Source of the DNA: a virus
Lineage: Duplodnaviria; Caudoviricetes
Direction: 5' to 3' (one strand)
Virus record (IMG/VR): IMGVR_UViG_3300008255_000397
Location: 1 to 27,461 of that record
Length of the DNA: 27,461 bases
Both the position numbers and the translations under genes were made by a program. Shown here one piece after another: positions 18,550 through 26,290 of the stretch. Positions within the stretch are counted from its first letter, which is position 1. Each line of letters opens with the position of its first letter. Under the pieces are notes generated by a model. It was given only the letters and a program-made list of their open reading frames with translations, did not search any database and was not told where the DNA came from.

Positions 18550-18614
18550 ATAGTAACAATATCTAGGAATAAGTCAAAAATATGAACGCTATTCCTGTAC
18601 TACAGGCTTGTCAA
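18550..18614 (-). promoter_or_regulatory. Tandem sigma-A-like promoters for scaffold-capsid
   Basis: TTGACT(18577-18572)-16-TACTAT(18555-18550) with TGn extension, and TTGACA(18614-18609)-17-TAGCGT(18591-18586). Confidence 0.5.
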
Positions 18615-18641
18615 TTTCAGCCTGTTTTACATCCTCTTTCT

Positions 18642-20264
18642 TCAGACATTTTCAACTCCTTGTGTAGCTCTGATAGGAATCCCACTCATCTCATTTGTTG
18701 GTTGCGAGAGCTGTGAAGTCATCCCTTGCTGAGCTTGTTGTTGTTCCATCATCCCATCCTGAATCCTTCTAATCGCATCAATGATTTCTGAACGGTTCTT
18801 AACGACTCCAGCTGGTAGCTGTTCTAGGTAAGTGATTGCATCAGGGATGATACCGTTTCGATACATATTATCGAGTGTTTGGATTTGTGTAACTTCACTC
18901 CAGTAAGAAGACGCCCCTACTTCTACATTCAACCCAAAGTCATTAAACTTAACATCTGCATAATCAAACATCATTGTTGAGCTTTCTTCATCTGTACTCT
19001 TAATTGGAACTTCTCGCTTCCCATAGAATGAACGCATTAATTCAACAATGATACGAACTGAATCTTCTACGACTTGATAGTACGCAAGTCTTTGAAGTTC
19101 TAAAGGTTGTGAAGCAAGTTGTTGAACAGCAACGATTGCTGATGTATTCTCTGGCTTGATGTTGCCTAATGCTCCATCATAGACGCCTAGCGTTTCCTTT
19201 GTCATCTGAATCAAGTACTGGATAAACTGAATAATTTGTTGGTCGATTGATGCAGTAGGTGAACTAACAGCAACCACTTCATTTGGATTCCCATTCACTC
19301 CTAGAGCTTCAACCTTGTTCGACCATGCTCCCAGTTTCGTCAAATCAAATAGAATCTTTGGAAAACTCATCTTCTTAACAAACTCGTTAAGCATCATAAA
19401 GAACTTGTTTATCATGATTTGGTTCTGAATGACTTCAGTGATAGGACTTGTGCCATGATAGGATTCTTTGTTATCAACCCAGTTCATCTTTGAGATTGGA
19501 TAGATGGCTATCTCTAAGTCTATCGGTTTAGTTATGATAAGGTTCTTAGTCGACTTCGTGAACCACACTGAATCATTCTCTTTGTAAAGCTTGATGATGA
19601 GTGTAGTGTACTGATTGTTAGAAGACGCATTGTTATCTGTGTAAACACTTCCATATTCATCATCAGGAACGATGGAAGACTTGTCTGCATCATTAACCAT
19701 ATCTCTTACTTCTTCCGTAAGCTTCTTATAAACAACTAAGATGAATGGCTGATTCTCAACGACTGGTTCAATAGGATTCCCAAACATAACATTCACGCTA
19801 TCAATTATCTCTAAGTCAATAGCTCCTATATACTTCCCACCTTTGTCTTTTTCTGTGTTATACCACCAGTGGAAATAAGCATCTCCATTAAGAGCTGTAT
19901 CTTTCATGAACGCTCTTGTGTGTGTTCTGAATTTTGTGCGCTCAAAGACTGCTTCAATCTCATTGGTCGTGATGTACTCCATTGCATCCTTGACATCCTT
20001 ATCCATTCCTTCAGGAAGCTCACAGTTCACTGATATATCATCTGATACAAGCATGGAAGTGTAGTAGTTCACAGAAGGCTTAATGATATTAATAATAGGC
20101 TTCTCAATGTTTGGTGCATTTACACCTTCCCACTGTTTGCCATTATAGAAGTTCTGATTTGTTTCGACGATGTCATATAGCTCCAGCTTGTCATTAAACT
20201 GTCTGCCTGTTTGATACTCTTTCCAAATCGCTTCTGGTGTTTTGTTAATCTTCATTTGGTTCAT
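18642..20264 (-). CDS. Portal protein (P22-like)
   Basis: 540 aa. Motifs NQNFYNGKQW, INIIKP, SYHGTSPI..IQNQ and NTSAIVAVQQ, with a Q-rich C-terminal tail. Follows terL. Confidence 0.85.
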   Translation of the reverse strand: MNQMKINKTPEAIWKEYQTGRQFNDKLELYDIVETNQNFYNGKQWEGVNAPNIEKPIINIIKPSVNYYTSMLVSDDISVNCELPEGMDKDVKDAMEYITTNEIEAVFERTKFRTHTRAFMKDTALNGDAYFHWWYNTEKDKGGKYIGAIDLEIIDSVNVMFGNPIEPVVENQPFILVVYKKLTEEVRDMVNDADKSSIVPDDEYGSVYTDNNASSNNQYTTLIIKLYKENDSVWFTKSTKNLIITKPIDLEIAIYPISKMNWVDNKESYHGTSPITEVIQNQIMINKFFMMLNEFVKKMSFPKILFDLTKLGAWSNKVEALGVNGNPNEVVAVSSPTASIDQQIIQFIQYLIQMTKETLGVYDGALGNIKPENTSAIVAVQQLASQPLELQRLAYYQVVEDSVRIIVELMRSFYGKREVPIKSTDEESSTMMFDYADVKFNDFGLNVEVGASSYWSEVTQIQTLDNMYRNGIIPDAITYLEQLPAGVVKNRSEIIDAIRRIQDGMMEQQQAQQGMTSQLSQPTNEMSGIPIRATQGVENV

Positions 20265-20502
20265 CCTGCTCTACGAAGAGCTTCTTTCTCCTGTCTTTGC
20301 CTGTCCAGTTCATCAGGTTAGTCATCTCTTCTTCAAGAGTCAACCCCTTCTCCTTCAGGATAGCATCTGTAACGATGTTTCTGCTTGGTTCAGGTTGCTC
20401 AATGTGCTTCTTATCCATCTTCACAATCTTGAATGGTTGTCTGATGAACGCTCCTAGAAGGAAAGCTCCCATCATACCTACAACAATCAATGCTTCATTC
20501 AT
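20245..20502 (-). CDS. Small membrane-anchored protein between terL and portal
   Basis: 85 aa with RBS AAGGAG and an N-terminal hydrophobic helix LIVVGMMGAFLLGAFI. Confidence 0.65.
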   Translation of the reverse strand: MNEALIVVGMMGAFLLGAFIRQPFKIVKMDKKHIEQPEPSRNIVTDAILKEKGLTLEEEMTNLMNWTGKDRRKKLFVEQDEPNED

Positions 20503-20520
20503 AGTTCAATCTCCTTTTGG

Positions 20521-21987
20521 TTAAACTCCATACCCTAGTATGTTCTCGACTTCGTCATCATAATCCAGTATGTCAGGGTCTTTGATGAATCGGTCATTAG
20601 CAACTACATTCCTGAGTCTATCTAATGCTTGAGTCATCGCATCCACTTCATCATCGTGGTCTGAGTTTGGGAAGTCAACTGCTTCATCAATAACACTGTA
20701 ATGCTCTTCCTTCAGATGCACATTCCCAGCTTCAATCAAAGGGGATACAGCTGATGCTCTTGCTTCCTTTGAACCATATGGAACGATAGGAACAACAGCT
20801 CTAAACTTTCTCTTCAGTACATCAATGATTGCTGAACCGTTTGCCTTGTCTTCGACCCCTAGCTCATTGTAATTCGAGTATTTGTTCGCTATCTCTGTGA
20901 TAGCTCTAACCGTATCTATGAATCCCATTCTTCGTTTTACCTTCTCGATAAGGTAGTAATCCTGATTCCTTTTACCCCATACCTGAATAGCTACGAAATC
21001 TGACTTTGATGTGTCCTTGAAGGTGGCATCCACTTCTATAACTGTATAATTTACTTTGACTGTTCCTTGATACATATTGTCAGTGAACCATTTACGCTCG
21101 AAGATTCCACCTTCATCATTGGATGGCCTTCCATAATAGAGAGAGTTTAGAGAGCGTGAACCTTCTTTAGTTAGATACGACTGCTTGAAGCTATCCCACC
21201 ACTTCCTGTCCTTCTTAATCTCAGGAAAGAGCGTTTCTCCTTTGAATCTTCCTAGTTCATCCGTTTCATCTTCGCACTCGATGGGGAAATTGATGTATAT
21301 TGCTGTAGGTTCTGTTTCAACGATTCTTCCTATTAAGTCTTCTTTGTGCCATCGAGTCTGAATGATGATTACCTTTGCTCCCACTCCTAGTCTTGATTTA
21401 ATAGAACCAAACCATTCCTGAAATATCATGTTTCGTGTAGCTTCTGATTCAGCTTCCTGACGATTCTTGATAGGGTCATCTATTATAAAGAAGTCAGCTG
21501 GATAGCCTGTGATTCCACCTGTGATACCAGCAGATTTAATTGACCCTTGATGGTCTTTGATTGTCATCTCTTCAGCATTGTTTATATCGCCCACTTCAAC
21601 TCCAAACACATCTTTTCCATACAGCTCAACCTTATCCCTGTTTCTTCTGAGAAAGCGTTTAGCTAGGTCAAGGTTGTATGCGATTAGGAATATCCTTGCA
21701 TCAGGATTCATTCCTAGTATCCAGCTGGGAAGCGTTTCTGTTATCGTTGTAGACTTTGAGTGTTGTGGTGGTACGCTCAGACAAAGGATGTCATAAGCGT
21801 TCCCTGTATCTTTCTCAACGAACTCCTGAACTGTCTGCGATATATATCGTGTAAACTTTCCATGTATATATCTATTGTTAATGTTGCCATCCAAATCTTG
21901 CATCTGATGAGCATACTCAACATACTCTGCATAATCAATTTTCGAGAGCTGTTCCATAACTGATTTATAGGATGGAATCTCAGTCAT
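20521..21987 (-). CDS. terL: Terminase large subunit
   Basis: Walker A SVPPQHSKS, Walker B FIIDDPIK, coupling motif IQTRWH, and nuclease motifs VDATFKD..SDFVA and HDDEVDA. Confidence 0.93.
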   Translation of the reverse strand: MTEIPSYKSVMEQLSKIDYAEYVEYAHQMQDLDGNINNRYIHGKFTRYISQTVQEFVEKDTGNAYDILCLSVPPQHSKSTTITETLPSWILGMNPDARIFLIAYNLDLAKRFLRRNRDKVELYGKDVFGVEVGDINNAEEMTIKDHQGSIKSAGITGGITGYPADFFIIDDPIKNRQEAESEATRNMIFQEWFGSIKSRLGVGAKVIIIQTRWHKEDLIGRIVETEPTAIYINFPIECEDETDELGRFKGETLFPEIKKDRKWWDSFKQSYLTKEGSRSLNSLYYGRPSNDEGGIFERKWFTDNMYQGTVKVNYTVIEVDATFKDTSKSDFVAIQVWGKRNQDYYLIEKVKRRMGFIDTVRAITEIANKYSNYNELGVEDKANGSAIIDVLKRKFRAVVPIVPYGSKEARASAVSPLIEAGNVHLKEEHYSVIDEAVDFPNSDHDDEVDAMTQALDRLRNVVANDRFIKDPDILDYDDEVENILGYGV

Positions 21988-22390
21988 CTGAACCCTTAAC
22001 TTCTAGCTTCTTAGTGATAGCCTTCAGAGCAAGTAGTTCATCCTTATCTAAAGCTTCCATGTTTCTGATTCTGATAGGCTCAGGTGTAACGATTGATTGT
22101 TCTATTTTATCTGTATACCCAAACTTATTTTTCATATAAAACATTCTGAAAGCATCTCCATTTGAATGATTATTCAGCACTTCAGACTCAAGCATTACAT
22201 TTATTTTATCAAAAGATTCCGAGTAATAGGCTCGTTGTTCATAAAATGTGCTGTAAGTAATATCGCAAAAAACGCAGAATCCAGCAATAGATGGCATCTT
22301 TTCTTCGTGTCTGCATTCAGACAAAAATCTCTTCATATCATTGACGAGTTCATCGCCATTCAAAAATCTTCTAGGGTTACCTTTATTCAT
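21980..22390 (-). CDS. terS: Terminase small subunit (136 aa, start revised to ATG 22390)
   Basis: MNKGNPRRF start, HTH PSIAGFCVFCDITYSTFYE and FYMKNKFGYTDKIE. Overlaps the terL start. The longer ORF-track start runs through the promoter region. Confidence 0.75.
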   Translation of the reverse strand: MNKGNPRRFLNGDELVNDMKRFLSECRHEEKMPSIAGFCVFCDITYSTFYEQRAYYSESFDKINVMLESEVLNNHSNGDAFRMFYMKNKFGYTDKIEQSIVTPEPIRIRNMEALDKDELLALKAITKKLEVKGSDD

Positions 22391-22396
22391 ACTTTC

Positions 22397-22424
22397 ATTA
22401 TAGAGTTTTTTAAACATTTGACAA
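22397..22424 (-). promoter_or_regulatory. Sigma-A-like promoter of packaging operon
   Basis: TTGTCA(22424-22419)-16-TATAAT(22402-22397), 6 nt upstream of the terS ATG. Confidence 0.6.
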
Positions 22425-22485
22425 TTTCTTTTAGCTCTGAATCCCTTTAATCTATTGATGAATCTCACATTCATGCAAATTTTGT

Positions 22486-22536
22486 TTAACTTTTGTTTAA
22501 CTTTCGCTTGACATATGTTTAACACTTTGGTATTGT
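22486..22536 (+). promoter_or_regulatory. Strong sigma-A promoter with 11-bp-phased direct repeats
   Basis: TTGACA(22508-22513)-17-TATTGT(22531-22536) with TGn extension. TTRAC(A/T) hexamers at 22486, 22497, 22508 and 22519. RBS AAGGGG at 22561. Confidence 0.75.
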
Positions 22537-22574
22537 AGAGATGCAAGAGATGAACATCTCAAGGGGAATCAGTT

Positions 22575-22802
22575 ATGAAACAAACATTTAGAGTAGTAGG
22601 AACGCTTATCACTAGAACATCAGAAACTCATGAGTATGGATTTGCTGTTGTAGGTCTTAATCAAAAAGATGGTAGAGCATGGGCTTTCAGTAAAACTTAT
22701 GAAGGTGCTGTGAGTGCTAGAAGAACTTTACTTAATCATAAAAGCATCCATTTGAATCCTGAATTAGTTGTAATCAAAGAAGTTGAGAAGGTTTCAAAAT
22801 GA
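22575..22802 (+). CDS. Hypothetical early protein (75 aa)
   Basis: RBS AAGGGG. First gene after the promoter, with ATGA coupling to the next gene. Confidence 0.7.
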   Translation: MKQTFRVVGTLITRTSETHEYGFAVVGLNQKDGRAWAFSKTYEGAVSARRTLLNHKSIHLNPELVVIKEVEKVSK

Positions 22803-23053
22803 AGTACATACTTACTCAAGTTGATACTGATGAGATTACTGAATTTGAATCCAAAGAATCTTGCTTTAAATCATTAAAGAATCAAATCAAACAATTCTAT
22901 GACCGAGAAGTTTATGAAGATGAAACATGGGATGAAGAGCATCCTGTATCATTCACAAAATGGTTAGCAAATATTACACGAGAAAAGATTGCTGAGCTAG
23001 AATCCGATTACACTGAAGTTAGTACGATGTTCTATAGCAAAGTGAAAGCCTAA
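22799..23053 (+). CDS. Hypothetical acidic early protein (84 aa)
   Basis: Coupled ATGA overlap, D/E-rich. Confidence 0.7.
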   Translation: MKYILTQVDTDEITEFESKESCFKSLKNQIKQFYDREVYEDETWDEEHPVSFTKWLANITREKIAELESDYTEVSTMFYSKVKA

Positions 23054-23070
23054 GGGCTGGGAGAAAAATA

Positions 23071-23355
23071 ATGTTTAAAAAATTAAACGCAATAGAAGTT
23101 GATGATATTACATTCCTATTTGAAGTTGAATATAATAAGCACACAGTTAATGGGATTAAAGATGTTAAGTTTACAATCAAACACTTTTATAACCTAGCGT
23201 CAGGCTCAGATGTCAAAATCAAAGTCTTATCAGCTGTTACTATCCTTGATGCAATCTGCTACTTCAATAACCTTTGCCTACAATTTGATTTAAGTGGAAT
23301 GGGATTATCTGCCTTGATTGACTATACTTATGAATTATATGAAGCGAAAGCCTAA
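23071..23355 (+). CDS. Hypothetical protein (94 aa)
   Basis: RBS GGAG, in-operon spacing. Confidence 0.65.
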   Translation: MFKKLNAIEVDDITFLFEVEYNKHTVNGIKDVKFTIKHFYNLASGSDVKIKVLSAVTILDAICYFNNLCLQFDLSGMGLSALIDYTYELYEAKA

Positions 23356-23366
23356 AGGATAGGATA

Positions 23367-23663
23367 ATGAAACTAATGACAAACATCGAAGTAATCCAAT
23401 CATATCTTAATCAAAAAAACGCTCGTAACCTAAGCTTGAAAAGCAAGAACGGAAAGCTCTTCTCATATGATACTTGTGTATCTCAATATGATTATGGAAA
23501 GATTATTGTAAACACAACTAAATACACGAAGACAACAGCGCATCAAGTAAACACTCTTATTGAAGAGCTTGGAAGAATCCCTGAGCAAAAGATTGAGTTT
23601 GTGGAAGGTATCCAAAGAGATACTGAATCTCTATGCTCAGATGTAACAGGAGAGTGGAAATAA
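23367..23663 (+). CDS. Conserved phage early protein (LFSYDT..KYTKTT motif family)
   Basis: RBS AAGGA/AGGA. The motif resembles the widespread uncharacterised phage family SY.T..YS.TT..H/Q. Confidence 0.65.
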   Translation: MKLMTNIEVIQSYLNQKNARNLSLKSKNGKLFSYDTCVSQYDYGKIIVNTTKYTKTTAHQVNTLIEELGRIPEQKIEFVEGIQRDTESLCSDVTGEWK

Positions 23664-23914
23664 TGAACATCCAAAAAGAACGCTTAGAATCCTTGCTTGA
23701 AACATCCCTAGAGATGCAACTGAATCTAAACGCAACTATAGCTAAAGGAGAATTGAATCCAAAGCAAATCGAGAAGGCTATCCATCTTCATCATGAATAC
23801 ACCCACGCTATCATTGCTTATGTAGGGAACTCAGATGCTGACAAACTTAACACCAAAATTTATGATTTGATTGTTCGCTTTAACGCCATCGTGCTTAACT
23901 GGAATCAAGACTAA
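23663..23914 (+). CDS. Hypothetical protein (likely start MNIQKE, 83 aa)
   Basis: TAATG stop-start overlap at 23661-23665 with upstream GGAG. The ORF track uses the longer start at 23633. Confidence 0.6.
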   Translation: MNIQKERLESLLETSLEMQLNLNATIAKGELNPKQIEKAIHLHHEYTHAIIAYVGNSDADKLNTKIYDLIVRFNAIVLNWNQD

Positions 23915-23992
23915 TTTGAATCAAGGGTTGTAGGTCATCCCATATCCCCACCATATAAAAACCTTCATTCAATTTAAACAAAGGAACTCACA

Positions 23993-24562
23993 ATGAAACT
24001 AAAGAACGAAGCTAAACAATGGCTTGTCTGCCTAGCATTTGCTTTGATTTGGCTAATGATTTATATCTTCCTTAACTTACCATCATCTTCATCAGTTCAC
24101 GCTGTGCAAGAGCAACCTGAAGGGCTGATAGGACTTCAGTACTCAGAACCATGTTCGAATTCAAGTGTTAAAACATACATGGATTATCGAACAATCACAT
24201 CCCCTACGAGTAAGCAATATCAAATCATTCAGGAACGGTTGACAATTAGCAATGGGTTTCTGATATATGATGGTTTACGGATTGGCGTTGCTCTAGGTTC
24301 AGCTTTCGGAGAAGTCGGTTCAAAGTGGGATTTCATTCTAAGTTCAGGTCTTCAACTAAATGTCATTAAAATTGAAGAAAAGGCTGATGAACACACTCTG
24401 AACGGATGTCAACATGAAACTGATGGCTCAGTGATTGAGTTTGTGATTGATACAACTTATGAAGGATTTGATACTTATGAGAATGGCTACTTATACGGTG
24501 GGAATTTCAATAAATTAGATATGTTCTCAGGAACAATCGAGAAAGCGAGAAAAGTAGAATGA
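23993..24562 (+). CDS. Membrane-anchored exported protein, possible DPBB/3D-like cell-wall-acting domain
   Basis: RBS AAGGA, N-terminal TM helix WLVCLAFALIWLMIYIFLNL, and motifs KTYMDYRTIT..SKQY, VALGS, KADEHT, GSVIEFVID. Confidence 0.55.
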   Translation: MKLKNEAKQWLVCLAFALIWLMIYIFLNLPSSSSVHAVQEQPEGLIGLQYSEPCSNSSVKTYMDYRTITSPTSKQYQIIQERLTISNGFLIYDGLRIGVALGSAFGEVGSKWDFILSSGLQLNVIKIEEKADEHTLNGCQHETDGSVIEFVIDTTYEGFDTYENGYLYGGNFNKLDMFSGTIEKARKVE

Positions 24563-24888
24563 CAGCAAAAATAGAGAAGTGTATGTATTGTGGTAGAGAG
24601 CTTGATAATAGCCGATATATCGTTCATGAATCTGATAATAATATCGTCTACAAGTATTGTTCAAAGCCTTGTTGCGAAATGGGTCATCAGGCTCATGTGG
24701 ATGAGCGCAAACAAGTTCTGATTCAGGATGCGTGGTCTGATGTATACGATGCTCTACATGATTTGCTAAGCGAGTTAGAAGGTGGCGATATTGATTTCAC
24801 ATATGATGACTTTATAGGGAATTATCCTAATCTACTGAATCATTCATACTTCTTAAACAAGCTTATCAAAAAGGGAGAACTGAAATGA
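24559..24888 (+). CDS. Zinc-finger (TRASH/treble-clef-like) protein
   Basis: CMYC..YCSKPC followed by an acidic helical C-terminus. Confidence 0.6.
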   Translation: MTAKIEKCMYCGRELDNSRYIVHESDNNIVYKYCSKPCCEMGHQAHVDERKQVLIQDAWSDVYDALHDLLSELEGGDIDFTYDDFIGNYPNLLNHSYFLNKLIKKGELK

Positions 24889-25199
24889 ATAACTTAATGA
24901 AAATGTTAATTGAACTAATTACTGGGAATCAATTTACTAATGAGTTTACACAAAACGACCCTGAATATGCTAAATGGGAAATATCAAGATGCTACCTTAA
25001 CTCAACCTATTATGTAGAGCTATTTGAATATGCTACAATATCCAAATTTGAGCTGAATAAGATTAAGGTTCATAGTGGATTTGAACTAGCAACTTTAGTA
25101 GAATCATTTTGGACAGAAGATGAGAACATAGAAGATAATGAATCAAAAGCTTATTTAGATTTCATGAAGAAACTATTAAAAGAATCAATAGGTAGCTAA
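24885..25199 (+). CDS. Hypothetical acidic protein (104 aa)
   Basis: RBS GGGAG, ATGA overlap. Confidence 0.65.
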   Translation: MNNLMKMLIELITGNQFTNEFTQNDPEYAKWEISRCYLNSTYYVELFEYATISKFELNKIKVHSGFELATLVESFWTEDENIEDNESKAYLDFMKKLLKESIGS

Positions 25200-25200
25200 C

Positions 25201-25431
25201 ATGAAGCGTAAACTCAAGAAGATTTGTGATGACTTATCTGAGCATCATTTCATCGTTAAAAAGTATAATGATATGAGAATCGATTTAATCAAGAATAATC
25301 TTTGCATCATTATTGAGCATGACATCATCGATGAATCCTACTCGTTCAATGTATTTAGCGATTATAAAGCTGTGTATCGTAAGGATTTCATCAACGAAAC
25401 CGATTTAGATTTCCTTTACAAGCTTATTTAA
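25201..25431 (+). CDS. Hypothetical protein (76 aa)
   Basis: RBS AGGT. Last gene before the terminator. Confidence 0.6.
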   Translation: MKRKLKKICDDLSEHHFIVKKYNDMRIDLIKNNLCIIIEHDIIDESYSFNVFSDYKAVYRKDFINETDLDFLYKLI

Positions 25432-25432
25432 T

Positions 25433-25464
25433 AAAAAAAGATGGAATTACCCATCTTTTATTTT
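25433..25464. terminator. Bidirectional intrinsic terminator
   Basis: Stem AAAAGATGG/CCATCTTTT (25436-25444/25451-25459) with A and T tracts on either side, between convergent operons. Confidence 0.8.
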
Positions 25465-25841
25465 CGTCTTGCCTTGACCTTAGAAACAATGATTCCTTCC
25501 ATTGAGTTGCTTGACATCATGACTCCGAGATACATGGATTCAAGAATCAAATCACATACTTCATCATAGCCTACTTTGAAAGTCGCTTTTTCTGCAAGTC
25601 TGTTTACAATGTTTTGTTGCTCATCAATTATCTCTTGTGTTTCCATAGGTCTGCTTATGGCTTTTCTAATTGCTAGAACTGTGTCGATATTTTTCTTCTC
25701 AAATTTAGTCATTTCAACTCCATCTTCAATTTCTTTAAACCGAGCTGAGTTGACATCAATAGCTATGGAAATTTTCTTGTCAGTCATTCCATATCTTTTT
25801 TTAAGTTGTTTAATTTTTTCTACATAGTTATCACATTTCAT
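25458..25841 (-). CDS. Putative XRE/Cro-like HTH DNA-binding protein
   Basis: KIKQLKKRYGMTDKKISIAIDVNSARFKEIEDG fits the XRE HTH pattern. Confidence 0.55.
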   Translation of the reverse strand: MKCDNYVEKIKQLKKRYGMTDKKISIAIDVNSARFKEIEDGVEMTKFEKKNIDTVLAIRKAISRPMETQEIIDEQQNIVNRLAEKATFKVGYDEVCDLILESMYLGVMMSSNSMEGIIVSKVKARRK

Positions 25842-25852
25842 GGTTTATCATT

Positions 25853-26287
25853 TCAGAACGGAAGGTTATCTGTGTTTATATCTGTAAGCTCTCCAGTCTC
25901 AAAATCATCATCACTCTTTGCAACAATCTTTTGACTAGGCTCAGATTCATCATCAATATCTTCCAAATCCCTTTTGACTGTTCTATCCTTGAAGTCAATT
26001 ATCTCACAATGATTAACCACAATTTCGGTTGTGTTTATTTTAATTCCATCTTTGAGATAGCTCCCTGTTTCAATTCTTCCGATGATTGCAATTCTTGACC
26101 CTTTTTGAGAATACTGCTCAAGATACTCTGCTGTCTTCTTCCAATCTACGCATCTCAGGAAAGTTGCTTCTTTATCCTGATAGTTGTTTACAGCGATAGA
26201 GAAGGTAGCTACGCTATCTCCAACTTGTGTCTTATGAATCCTTACATCGTCTGTTAATCTTCCTAAGTGCATTGTTAGATTTATCAT
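25853..26287 (-). CDS. ssb: Single-stranded DNA-binding protein
   Basis: LGRLTDD, ATFSIAVN, WKKTAE, KGSRIAIIGRIETGSY, and an acidic tail ending DNLPF. Confidence 0.93.
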   Translation of the reverse strand: MINLTMHLGRLTDDVRIHKTQVGDSVATFSIAVNNYQDKEATFLRCVDWKKTAEYLEQYSQKGSRIAIIGRIETGSYLKDGIKINTTEIVVNHCEIIDFKDRTVKRDLEDIDDESEPSQKIVAKSDDDFETGELTDINTDNLPF

Positions 26288-26290
26288 TTT

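Noticed and set aside
21745-21780. TerL Walker A reads PPQHSKS rather than GKS
   Set aside because: HSKS variants occur in this terminase family and the other motifs are intact, so this is not evidence of inactivation.
9992-22450. Other ORF-track entries overlapping structural genes (9992, 11143, 11317, 15244, 17808, 18270, 20242, 20297, 21557, 21760, 22166)
   Set aside because: Antisense or alternate-frame shadows of well-supported genes, with no recognisable motifs.
22391-22546. 52-aa N-terminal extension of terS in the ORF track
   Set aside because: It spans both divergent promoters, and family-like sequence begins at MNKGNPRRF.
25576-25827. 83-aa plus-strand ORF
   Set aside because: Antisense to the HTH gene and downstream of the plus-strand terminator.
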